Shown here piece by piece: positions 10,788 through 20,662 of a stretch of 64,000 bases of DNA. The stretch is from contig NW_003314311.1 of NCBI RefSeq assembly GCF_000143415.4, positions 602,181 through 666,180 of the forward strand. The letters are read 5' to 3'. Every line of letters starts with the position of its first letter. Position 1 is the stretch's first letter. This DNA comes from Selaginella moellendorffii. Lineage: Eukaryota > Plantae > Lycopodiophyta. A program made the position numbers and the translations under genes. Under the pieces are notes generated by a model that was given only the letters and a program-made list of their open reading frames with translations, was not told where the DNA came from and did not search any database.

Positions 10788-13700
10788 ATGGCCTTCAGGG
10801 TTGGGGAAAAGGTTTACATTTTGAATGGTGGGAAGAGAGTTGCAAAAGGGACCCTTGTGTCTATGGATCGGAACTTTGTTATACACTGTGAAAGGCTTGG
10901 GGAAGGCAATGCTGCTGTATCAGTAGAGACTGTCTTCGATGGGAATGTGGTTGCTATTGAACGAGGAGAGATGGTCGTCGGGGTAAATGTTGTTGTTGCC
11001 TTGAAAAATCTTCAGAAGAAAGCAGATGTTGGGGACAGCGCAAGTGCGACGCATGTTCCCTCCGTGGATCTTAAGAACCGTGCTACATGGATTCAGGCAA
11101 AAGTGTTTCTAAACAACCCCGAGGGGGAGGTGGTAGCTGAGGGCTTAGCCACAGTTGTCGATCCAAGAGATGCGGTTGCTAATCAAGAATTGGGCTGGGA
11201 TGATATTGGAGTTGCGATTTTAGAGGTTGTTGACACAGAAGAAAACAGTCTGACTATTGGAAGCATTGTGCGGTGGAAATTGAGGCACTTAGTGTTTGAG
11301 AATGTGAAGGATTCACAATCAAACACCACTACAACTAATGACAGAACATCTCTTCATGGGAAAAGAAAGTACACCTTCCTAAAGCGTGGCCAAAGGGATC
11401 TGAGCAACGAACCGAAAAGGCAGAAAATGGCGATGGAGGTTCGAATGGTCTCGACAGTTGCTTGTTGCAAGAGGAGGTGCTGTCAACATGCTGATTGGGA
11501 TGCTATTGAAGAGGAGAGAGCAAGATACAAGACATTGTCCTGGAAGGCAGCTCGCAATTTTGTGTATGAGGCATTACGGTCATCTGTTGATGCTTCAGAA
11601 CATCAGGTGGGGGGCATGGTCTTCCAGAGGGGTTTGGTCTGCATGAAGGCATGGAGAATCATTTATGGAGTCCCTCGAAGCACATTCTACAGAATCAAAA
11701 CTGAGTTCGAGGAACAAAGGGTTCAACAGGCAGTCCATGGGAACGACGGTACGCACAAAACCAGGGGTCATGTTGTATATGGAGAGGCAATCTTCAATAG
11801 GTTTGTCGAGACATGTAGCGAGCAGCAACCACATAAAACCCGCCTCTTGGAAGATGGAACACGAGACACCCAACGAGTTCTCCCTTCCATGTATACCAAG
11901 GGGGCCATATTGGAAGATGTGAATCGGGAACTCCAGAGTAATGGCTACAGGAAGCTGAGCCAATCTAGATTTAGTAGATTGTGGAGCAACAGGTTCAGGG
12001 ATGTGAGTATAGGAAAGTACTCCAGCTTTTCAAAGTGTGACGAGTGCACTGCTATCAAAATGGCTTTGTCGAAGAATTCTTGCAGCGCTCAAGAGCGAGA
12101 GACGTTGGTTAGAAGGCGGCTCGACCACAACATCGAGCAGAGAAGCTGCAGGACTGCATATTATCATAACAGGATTCTCTCCATGGAGAGACCTGACTCT
12201 TACCTCTGCATCATCCACGACAAAATGGACCAGAAAAAGACGTGCTTACCTCGACTCAATCCTGCCCCCAAGGCAATCTCTTCATCCATGCAGCTGCCTG
12301 TGTCTCTGTTTGGCATAATCGCTCATGGGCATGGTGCCCAGAACTATGGGAACTTCTTTGTACCTCTATGGGGTGGCGGGGGTGCAAACATGATGATTGC
12401 GTCCCTAGCAAAACACTTAAGGTCTCTGCAAAGTGCGCAGACTGAGCTGAACGGCCAACCCTTGCATAAGGCCCTTGTCGATCGAACCCCATACAGGGTT
12501 CAGCTGGAGGAGGAGCAAAGGCTTGCAGTATCGCGTGGGGCCCCATGCCATCCCAGTGAATATGTTGGCCGTCAGATTGTAGGGTTATCACGTGAGGCCT
12601 CATGCCATTCCGACGAGGCTAGTCGCCCGGTGAATGCACAGCCTCATCCAAACGAAGCAGAATCTCAAGGAAGTTCTTGCGGCCGATGTGGCCTTCCACC
12701 CCATCTTCTGCTCCAAACAGACAATGCTGGCAGTGAGAACAAAAACATGTACGTCTTCGCGTACTTGGCGATGCTTGTTGCCAAAGGCATATTTGAAACG
12801 GTTACACTTGGCTTTCTCATGGTTGGGCACACTCATGAAGACGTCGATGCCATGTTCAGTCACCTGGCAGAGTCCCTCCGGCGATCCAATGTCCTCACCC
12901 TCCCACAACTCTACGATGAATTCCAAAATTGCATCAAAGGCACTGTTGAAGCTGCACTTCTGACAGAGGTTCCAGACTTTAAGGGGTTTGTAAGAGGCTA
13001 CATCAGGGATGGATCCGAAACGCTGATTGGCCACTCCAAGCCTCTTCAGTTTCATTTCAGCATGTGTGACGGTGCTCCAGTGATGAGGTACAAGATGAGA
13101 GAATGGGACACAGTGTGGCTGCCAGTGGACGGCATTGAACTCTTCAAGAGAGATCCCATAACTGGGGAACCTATGATTCCTCAGGGTTCCCCACGGCCGA
13201 TGCACCCGGATGGACTCAAAGACCAGGAAAGTATAGTGGCCGGGATTAGACAGCATATTGCCTTCTGGAAGAGGGGGTTGGTGTTTGGTGGAGAATCCTA
13301 TTTTCAGAGGTGCAAGCCTTTGCTCGAATACTGGGAGAAGATTATATCTGCTATCCAAAATGGGCCGGTTGTATATGAAGAATTGGAAGAGTCCTTTTGG
13401 CCAGAACCCAGAGCACCAGATAGTAGCGGAACAATGTCCTCTGGAAATGCAGTGACAGATAACGATGTTGAGGATCACTATTGTGGGCCGAGGAACAAGA
13501 AGCCGGATTCAGCATTCAATCCAGTACAGGTCTGCAAAGGAATGGTCGTGCTTGTCAGACCCAGTAATAAAAAACAAATGATATGGGTGGGGCGCTGCAT
13601 CACTGATGCAGAGGAGGACGCGGAAACTTACTCCTTCAATGTAACTGTGGAGTGGTTCAAGCCAAGTTCCGGATATACGAAGGATTGCCTAGAAAAGAGA

Positions 13701-13856
13701 TGGGTGCTGAATCCAAGGGATCCCAGCATGAGCATATCGGTGGATAATGTTGTGCATGGTTGGATGCGGAAGCAGAGTGCCACCATCACCTTGCCAGACC
13801 ATGCAAGAGATGCAGCAAGAGCATTCATAACTCGAGTTCAAGGTGAGATTCATTAA
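10788..13856 (+). CDS. DDD-type transposase (Sola1-like), 1022 aa, intact
   Basis: Cys-rich CCKRRCC...VCMKAW..IYGV, HGN and FSKCDEC motifs. Candidate catalytic motifs IIHDKMDQKK, QTDNAGSENKN and FLMVGHTHEDVDAMFS. Lies inside the TIR/TSD-bounded element. The ATG is preceded by a TTTCAG acceptor-like site. Confidence 0.82.
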   Translation: MAFRVGEKVYILNGGKRVAKGTLVSMDRNFVIHCERLGEGNAAVSVETVFDGNVVAIERGEMVVGVNVVVALKNLQKKADVGDSASATHVPSVDLKNRATWIQAKVFLNNPEGEVVAEGLATVVDPRDAVANQELGWDDIGVAILEVVDTEENSLTIGSIVRWKLRHLVFENVKDSQSNTTTTNDRTSLHGKRKYTFLKRGQRDLSNEPKRQKMAMEVRMVSTVACCKRRCCQHADWDAIEEERARYKTLSWKAARNFVYEALRSSVDASEHQVGGMVFQRGLVCMKAWRIIYGVPRSTFYRIKTEFEEQRVQQAVHGNDGTHKTRGHVVYGEAIFNRFVETCSEQQPHKTRLLEDGTRDTQRVLPSMYTKGAILEDVNRELQSNGYRKLSQSRFSRLWSNRFRDVSIGKYSSFSKCDECTAIKMALSKNSCSAQERETLVRRRLDHNIEQRSCRTAYYHNRILSMERPDSYLCIIHDKMDQKKTCLPRLNPAPKAISSSMQLPVSLFGIIAHGHGAQNYGNFFVPLWGGGGANMMIASLAKHLRSLQSAQTELNGQPLHKALVDRTPYRVQLEEEQRLAVSRGAPCHPSEYVGRQIVGLSREASCHSDEASRPVNAQPHPNEAESQGSSCGRCGLPPHLLLQTDNAGSENKNMYVFAYLAMLVAKGIFETVTLGFLMVGHTHEDVDAMFSHLAESLRRSNVLTLPQLYDEFQNCIKGTVEAALLTEVPDFKGFVRGYIRDGSETLIGHSKPLQFHFSMCDGAPVMRYKMREWDTVWLPVDGIELFKRDPITGEPMIPQGSPRPMHPDGLKDQESIVAGIRQHIAFWKRGLVFGGESYFQRCKPLLEYWEKIISAIQNGPVVYEELEESFWPEPRAPDSSGTMSSGNAVTDNDVEDHYCGPRNKKPDSAFNPVQVCKGMVVLVRPSNKKQMIWVGRCITDAEEDAETYSFNVTVEWFKPSSGYTKDCLEKRWVLNPRDPSMSISVDNVVHGWMRKQSATITLPDHARDAARAFITRVQGEIH

Positions 13857-14144
13857 TATTCCTTTACAAAGTTTCTAATGTATTTTATTTCAAGGTGAAC
13901 AATCCGAATCTGAATCATAGGAGGCTTGATATAGTGTGTGAGGTAAAACAAAGATGATGTGACATATGCATTTACCAATCACACGTGCATAAATCTAATA
14001 ATATGGCGTGTGGCCCATATTAATGGCACATAAACCCATATTGTGGGCTTACGTGCTTTATGTACCATCATTCCCTTGCAGCGTGTGTGTTGGTTTCCTT
14101 TTATAACACAACAAACTCCATATTTTAGGGTGAAGAGCGTTCTC

Positions 14145-14402
14145 ATGGCAAGCACAAAATCTGTAAGTGAGGCAGAAAAGGAAACGGAGAAGGAGATAGG
14201 TGAAGATGTAGAATATATAAGTCTTCCAAACTCCCCGTACTATACTCCAGGTGATCATTTTTCTGAACAAACGGCAACATTAACAACTATCGAGAACGCC
14301 CCAGTAACGTCAGAGACAACAATCCAAAGCAAAACAACTGACCCGGAGAAGGATGATAGTACCGCTAAGAGTACCAAAAAGGAGGTGTCCACTAGCGCTT
14401 AG
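14145..14402 (+). CDS. Possible small acidic/Thr-rich ORF (85 aa) in the right arm of the transposon
   Basis: MASTKSVSEAEKETEKEIGEDVEY... from the ATG at 14145; no recognisable domain; flanked by palindrome copies at 14003 and 14410. Confidence 0.25.
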   Translation: MASTKSVSEAEKETEKEIGEDVEYISLPNSPYYTPGDHFSEQTATLTTIENAPVTSETTIQSKTTDPEKDDSTAKSTKKEVSTSA

Positions 14403-15038
14403 GCTTATAATGGCGTGTGCCCTCATGCCATTTACTTGATCACCAAATACCTTTTTCCCTTTGCACTAGTATATCTTAATACCGGTCTGAGAAATAGAAT
14501 GGCATGTGCCCTCAGGCCTTTTACTAAATCACCTTTGAAAGAAATGCAAGCCTCTATGTCGTAAAAAAAAGGTACTAGAGAAATTCCTTAATAATATGAA
14601 TGTTATTTAGTTTCATGAAAATACACTAAGGGTCAAATGAGTTAAATGACTTCTCCAGACTAGCAATGCCTCTTGCTACACCTTCACAATTAGATTCATT
14701 AGAAAAAGATAACATTGAATAATATCTAAATGTTCTCACCATTAAGTTATATGTCTGGCTAATAGGAATGATGTTCATCTTGGAAAGCTCACCACACGCT
14801 CAATGAACAAACAAATAGTGTGTGCGCGCATGCCATCGCTCTTCTTTAGCTTCAGATTCGGCTTGTTCACCTTGACAATGAGATTTATTATACAACTAGA
14901 TGGACTCAGTCTGGACATAAGGTCACCGCGCTAGTCACCATGCCCCAGATATGTCTAGCCCCTGGACAAAAAACATATAATTTCACGTCATTTTCAAATA
15001 CTTGAAAATTTGTACCTAGTCCCATTTTACTGAATAAA

Positions 15039-15062
15039 TCCCACTTTAACGAAATAGAGCTT
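15039..15062 (-). repeat. Right terminal inverted repeat (24 bp)
   Basis: TCCCACTTTAACGAAATAGAGCTT followed by TSD AAAT. Confidence 0.95.
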
Positions 15063-18025
15063 AAATGGGAATGGCATAGCCTAAGCTGCAGAGCATGCAG
15101 TTGGAGTGTGGTGACCCAGATAATGATGGAGGTGTGAAAGCACCAAACAATGAGTTGTAGGACTTGACAACTATGAGGCAACTAAGCAAGAGGTGCAAAA
15201 TAACTGGTTGAACGGGTAGAAGGTAGCTACCCAAAACTTCTTAATAGCATAGGGAAGTCAGATACACCCTTACGGGGGATAAGTTGCTTGTGTTGTGATA
15301 TAGTAAATCAATGTCATAAAAGGAAATACTCATTGTCAAGAAAGCCATCATTGGGACACCCGAACACTCTAGAACACCAGAAGGTGGTGTTTGATGTCGC
15401 GAGGGCAATGAATAAAGCCCAAGGGACTAAGTCCCTAGCGAATGATGGATAGAAGGTGCTATCCAAATGTCCAAGGTTGCGGAGACAGGAGAGGACTGTC
15501 TACCTGAGTTGGACAAAGCCAAGAATGGAATTTTGGCAAGGCTAGTGATGGGCATGTAAAGGCCCATAAGCAACAATGTAATCCCAGTGTGTGGGATTAT
15601 AAGGTGAGTATACCCGGATTGAGGAACCACTCCTTGGGCTATTGGGTAGGTACATCCCTAAGAATACTTGCTAAGGCATGATAGAAAGTGCAAAGCTATC
15701 CTCCTGGTCTGGAGGAGAATAACCAAAGGAAACATATGGGGCCAAAAGGCAAGTAGTATTGGGATGGAACTGAACCATAGAAATCGAAGGGCATAACCAA
15801 GGTTGGTTATGCCAGCTGGGAGTGGAGAATCAAGTGGGGGCTCGAGGGTGTTGCCGCTAGCAACCGTGATGCCATGGAGAGTCTAAAATATGGAATTGTC
15901 CATGTTAGACTATGTGGCAATTGGAAAGCTTGCAAAAAGGGAGGCCTTAGCAAGCTAAGGGACAGAGTTCCTTCAAGGTTCCCAAAGACGATTCTAGGTA
16001 GCTTAGTACCTAGAAAGGCCAAGTGTAAATGGTTCATAGAACGCGCGAAATCAGAGTGGCGCAGCAGAAGCGTGGTCTTGAAGCTTGCCATGAGGCAAGG
16101 CTGTCAAGGTTAGGGAAGTAGTTCCCGAGTGTTCAAAGAGAGGGCTTTGAACGAAAGTTGATGGTTAAGGACTTCCACGCTTATGCATGAACCATGTTAC
16201 GGTGGCCGGATGACTTGCTAAGTGAGATTGGCAAGTTGGGGGGAACAAATACCCTAGTTGAAGGTGCTAACTTCAAAACGGGTGGCCCATGGGGCCAAGC
16301 ATGGAGGAGCCCATGCATGATCACAGATATGTCAAGTGAGAGGACTTGGCAGTGTGGGGGAATTAGGTTCCTAAGCTGTGATCTGTAGCGCGCTTTAAAA
16401 ATAAGTTGGTGCACCGGCGTGGGGAGTCATGCCAGGCATCTTGTGTGATGCCGTCCGTAGATGCATATACGGAGGTTGGGTTCGAGTCCCGACCCTCTAG
16501 TGCTTGGGTTCGAGTCCCAAATCACTAGGGCGTGGTGATGGTTTGGAATATGAGGACACTCATATTTCGGTGGTCATGGACTCTCAGTGGGGAGACTGGT
16601 TTGGGCACACCGCCAAGCGAGGGATGCCTCGGAGTCGTGATGCACGGTTAGATTGCTTAGTGTGAAAGCTCGGCATATCTAACTTGAACGCTTTGGTGCA
16701 AGTGGCACCAAGGACGTGGTGAGTGAGATGGGGACACCTAATCTCAGTTGCTATGGACCCTTGGCCGGAAGGGCTGGCTTGGGCGCACCGCCAAGTGTGG
16801 GGGATGCCCCCGGGGTCGTAGTTAACAAGTTAAAGGTCTGGAAGACCTAGTACCTATTGGCAAACCTGTTAAGGTGCCGAGGTGAGATCACTAGGTGATT
16901 TTGTGGCTAAATAAAGACAAGGTCCTTGTTTGGGTTAAGGAATAAGGTTCCTAGTTCAAAGTGTTGATTTGAACTATTGATGATGGTGTGGCTTGGTCAA
17001 GGTGACCAAGTGGGAAAAGCACCTTAGGGAAGTGAGCTATGTCATTGCGATGGCATAGTGTGTCCAAGGAAAGTAGTCTCTAAAGAGACCCATGAGAGGG
17101 TCACAAAGTTGGGCCGAGGATAGAGCCCACAGCAGAAGATGCTAAAAGAGACTTACTAGGGGTGAACACCCTAGTCTTGGCAAAGCAGAGCCTTTGCTAT
17201 GGAATCAAAAGAACACCTCAAGGAGGGAGGTAGAGATTCGATGTTGCTTGGTGCAACAATCAATGGATAGGAGCAAAAGATGAGTGGCCAAGATAGGGCC
17301 GTGGAATTCCTTGGAAGGAATCCAAGTGACAAAGTTAGGCGAGGAACACTAATGTGTTGGACGCTAACAAATTGCGGGAAAGGAAGTGTGTTTCCAAGGA
17401 TGGATTCTGAATTGCTCCGATTTGGCGAAAGTGGAAGCTCCAAGGGAGGGAGCGGTAAGGTAGCCAAATGATAGGGCGATGGACAACCCTAGCACAAAGT
17501 GTGATAAATGGAACTTAGTGCCCAAGGTGGCACGAAATAGAAGAGAGGATGATGGTGCCCTCAAGTAATGAACTTCCTAGGATAGGGAAGTGGAGTTGCA
17601 CAATCTGTGCAATGCAAGGTGTTGGAGACACCTAGGAAATTGACTTCCAAAAGTCAAAAGAGTAAAAGTTCCAAGGTGCAAACATTCAATAGATGGAAAT
17701 TGAGACTACTCAAGAAGGAGTAGTGGGATTGACTTAGAGAAGGGTCTTTAAGAGGTTTAGCGAGAACTAAACCAATAAAAGGTGTGGTCCAATCAGTCTC
17801 TAAGTTGGAGAGACTACCCTCCTTAGAGGATAAGCAAGGCATGGTGAGCCTTTGGTGTCAAACCATTGAGGCATATGCAAAAGGCATGGTGAGCCTTCAA
17901 TGTCAAACCATTGACAAATATTGGCTAGGTGCCAAGGATGGAAATGGTAACACATGCGAGTGTTACTTTACAAAATGGTTTACCGTTCGATGAGGACATC
18001 GAACTTCGTCTATGGGTGGTGGAGT

Positions 18026-18700
18026 TGTGAGACACAAAATCCCTAGGCCCCAAAGTGGAGCCGGAAAGGGTGCCACGTGGTAGTGGCTGAAGCGAGAGCC
18101 AAACGAGCATAACACATTTGGACCAAAAGCTCCGACTTGAAAAGTCAAGAGCGGGAGTGGAACTCCCAATGAAGTGCTCGAGGAACGAGCACGAAGCGAG
18201 CAAAAAGCGAGGCTCCAAAAAGGGACCCAAAAGGACCAACACATGACACGTGGAAGTGTCCGAGATGGACTCGAGTTGGAGTCCGAAGTGGAGTCCGAGA
18301 TGGACTCGCGTTGGAGTCCGAAGTGGAGTCCGAGATGGACTTGAGTTGGAGTCCGAAGTGGAGTCCGAGATGGACCCGAATTGGAGTCCGAAGTGGAGTC
18401 CGAGATGGACCCGAGTTGGAGTCCGAAGTGGAGTCCGAGATGGACCCGAGATGGAGTCCAAGATGGAGTCCGAGATGGAGTCCGAGGTGGACCCGAGATG
18501 GACTCGAAATGGAGTCCAAGATGGAGTCCGAGATGGAGTCCGAGGTGGACCCGAGATGGACCCGAAATGGAGTCCGAGATGGAGTCCGAGATGGACCCGA
18601 GATGGAGTCCGAGATGGACCCGAAATGGAGTCTGAGATGGACCCGAGATGGAGTCCGAGATGGAGTTCGAGATGGAGTCCGAAGTCGAGACCGAGACCGG

Positions 18701-18732
<32 letters not shown>

Positions 18733-19833
18733 TCGAGATCGGGACCGAGAACGAGACCGAGGCCGAGGCCGAGACCGAGCCCGAGCCCGAGTCCGAGTCC
18801 GAGTCTGAGTCCGAGTCCGAGTCCGAGTTCGAGTCTGAGAGGGTGAAAGCCCAAAGCGTTCGTCTCCCAGACCCTGGGGGGTTTGGTGAGCTCCAAAAGT
18901 ATAGTAGGGGGAGAACTGCAGTGGAGCCAGTTTGGCCAGGAAAGGCCAGTTTGGCCCAGGAAGGCTGGACCCAGTGTTGGGTGATGAGCTGCCCACTGGA
19001 AAGTCCAAGACTAGAGTGAACACAGACCGACAAGCGGGGTAGCTTGGTGAAGTGTTCAAGAGCCGGCTCTAGTTCCCCCGGGAGATCGACTGGCCGATGC
19101 TCCCAGTCCAAGTGTGGGTGGCACTACCTACTTGGATACCTGGTGTGGCCCAACGGAACCCGCTCTAAGCCCATGGCTAGAGCACCCAAGGGCAGAAGGC
19201 GAGGAGAGTACCCAGGTGGCTTGCGTAAGGCCACGGTGCTCCGAAATGTTGTCCCAAAGGCCCAGACTGTGGAAAGGAAGAGGAGCAGTCCTCTGGGGTA
19301 GTGACCAAGGACACAGTCGTGTGGTGAGGAAGTCCCAGAGGACCGTGGGACTTAGTGGTCGGGCCTGTGGGTCTCGATCCAGTGGCAATGTTGGCAAACA
19401 CGGCCAGGGGCAGAAAGGGACTTAGTGGGGACTGACAAAGGGATATTGGGGAAGGCTATTCCCCTTGTCGGTGGGCATCCTAAGGATGCTAAGGAGTGGA
19501 TCTGAGATGACCACTCACGGATGGTTTGCCTAGTCTTGGAAAGCCAAGACGGTGATGCAAGTGGTATTGGACTACCAGTGTGGCAAAGGTGATTGGGCAT
19601 GGCCTTAGCGTAACAGGCTGCTATGTCGGTGGTACCTTTGAGTGTCGGTCATGGGATCGGACACGTGGAGCACTTGGACCAAGTGCAAATGTTGAGTGGC
19701 ATGGATGCCATTCTCGGGGCTAGCAAGTCCCAAGTCCTGGATTGGACTTATGGAGGTTGTGAATGAGACTCCTCCAAGTGGTCAGAGGTGTGGTTAAGTG
19801 ACTAAAGTAGAATGGAAAATTTAGTCGCTTACA
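18026..19833 (+). repeat. 3' LTR of LARD copy A (1808 bp)
   Basis: TG...CA termini, preceded by the PPT. Confidence 0.9.
18255..18840 (+). repeat. LTR-internal minisatellite (GAGATGGAGTCC / GAGATGGACCC units, then GAGACC/GAGTCC hexamers)
   Basis: Directly visible tandem units; present with variable copy number in the LTRs of this family across the window. Confidence 0.9.
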
Positions 19834-20252
19834 TAAACTTAAGAGCTTACATTTGGTATCAGAGGGGTCTTGGGTCTGACTTTATTAGTTGGGTAAGGGA
19901 ATCACACCACATATTGATTGACATCTGGCAAGGGTACAGTATGTTCCAGCTGGGCTTGACCTGAGGGGTAGGGTTTTAAGAGAGCAGGGCTTTCAGGAGA
20001 GCTATGGCTCTCAACTTCCATTCACGAGGGTATGAACTTGCAAGGAAGCGTGGTGGATTGTAAGCAACTAAAAAGAACGATTTGAAAGATGATCCATGGG
20101 GTTCAAATATAAAGGGGAAGGACCCATGAACAAAAATGCACCCCCTTTTCAAATTAGTTAAGAGTCTTGGGATAGTTGAGGTTAAGTGTCTATGGGTTTA
20201 AATAGTATTAGGTTGGGTGACCTCTTGGGAAGTCCAAATTTATGAGTTTACA
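19834..20252 (+). mobile_element. Cassandra TRIM; 5' LTR interrupted by LARD copy A
   Basis: LTR tail ...GAGCTTACA, PBS TGGTATCAGAG, ~200-bp internal region, 194-bp 3' LTR at 20059-20252 with a 5S-like segment (GTTAAGTG...TGGGTGACCTCTTGGGAAGTCC). Confidence 0.8.
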
Positions 20253-20662
20253 TTTTACTTTAATTTCGATTGAGTGTTGATAATGTATAGCTAGACTCTT
20301 CAAAGCATACTCAAAGTTATTGGATAAACATGTTAGTGAACTTATTTGCAATTCGATTGGATTAAGTGGTCAGTCTATGCTTGTCCATATTCCTATATTT
20401 TGTACTTGAGTGTTACCTTTTTGTTGGACAAATATATGACTTGATAACATGAGTTTAGTGTTTGGGTCTTGTGAAGGCAAGTTGAAGAGTGATTATTAAT
20501 TAATCTGCAACTAATGATTACTTGTAGATTTTATCAAGGACTTTTGACACTTGTTTCACTCGATGAAGATTTATTAGTGATAGGCTTGTTTACCAGATGG
20601 TGTTGTAGAGGATCATGCCATTAAACTTATATGGTTTTTCCATGTTGGCATGCCAACTCTAC

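Larger units (their letters stand above)
1728..14836. repeat. Dispersed family of ~29 copies of a 22-bp palindrome ATGGCRTG-WGGCCW-CAYGCCAT
   Basis: Copies start at ~1728 (degenerate), 2008, 3085, 3160, 4387, 4578, 4719, 6191, 7468, 7528, 7605, 8364, 8490, 8649, 8728, 9591, 9663, 9699, 10314, 10412 (short), 10578, 10614, 10684, 12530, 12587, 14003 (degenerate), 14410, 14499 and 14815. Confidence 0.9.
1633..15062. mobile_element. 13.4-kb TIR DNA transposon, Sola1-like, with transposase and large accessory gene
   Basis: Perfect 24-bp TIRs AAGCTCTATTTCGTTAAAGTGGGA (1633-1656 and 15039-15062). 4-bp TSD AAAT (1629-1632 and 15063-15066). Empty-site copies of the host retroelement (~51021-51050 and ~45055-45085) have a single AAAT. 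A 4-bp AWWT TSD is the described Sola1 preference. Confidence 0.92.
1..19833 (+). mobile_element. Non-autonomous LTR retrotransposon (LARD-like), copy A; 5' LTR truncated by the window start; interrupted by the DNA transposon at 1633-15062
   Basis: 5' LTR ends ...GCTTACA at 495, PBS TGGTATCGGAGC at 499-510, PPT GGGTGGTGGAG at 18014-18024, 3' LTR TGTGAG...TTACA at 18026-19833. Bases 1-495 match 19339-19833 with about 5 transitions. The ~4.1 kb internal region has no recognisable gag/pol ORF. Confidence 0.9.

Noticed and set aside
12600-13478. 292-aa antisense ORF and other ORFs overlapping the transposase, accessory gene and P450
   Set aside because: Shadow ORFs opposite or overlapping well-supported coding frames, with no motifs.
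1728-14836. Palindromic repeats as a CRISPR array or REP elements
   Set aside because: Spacing is irregular (tens of bp to kb), there are no uniform spacers or cas genes, and the context is eukaryotic with spliceosomal introns.
15067-18025. Short ORFs in the LARD internal region as gag/pol remnants
   Set aside because: No zinc knuckle, protease, RT or integrase motifs; ORF boundaries are not conserved among the copies.
17925-19111. Long ORFs (300-430 aa) rich in SR/SD/LG repeats here and at 32920-33837, 38068-38872, 40944-42242, 47667-48955 and 54074-54698
   Set aside because: They are translations of the LTR minisatellite, open in several frames on both strands; not SR proteins.
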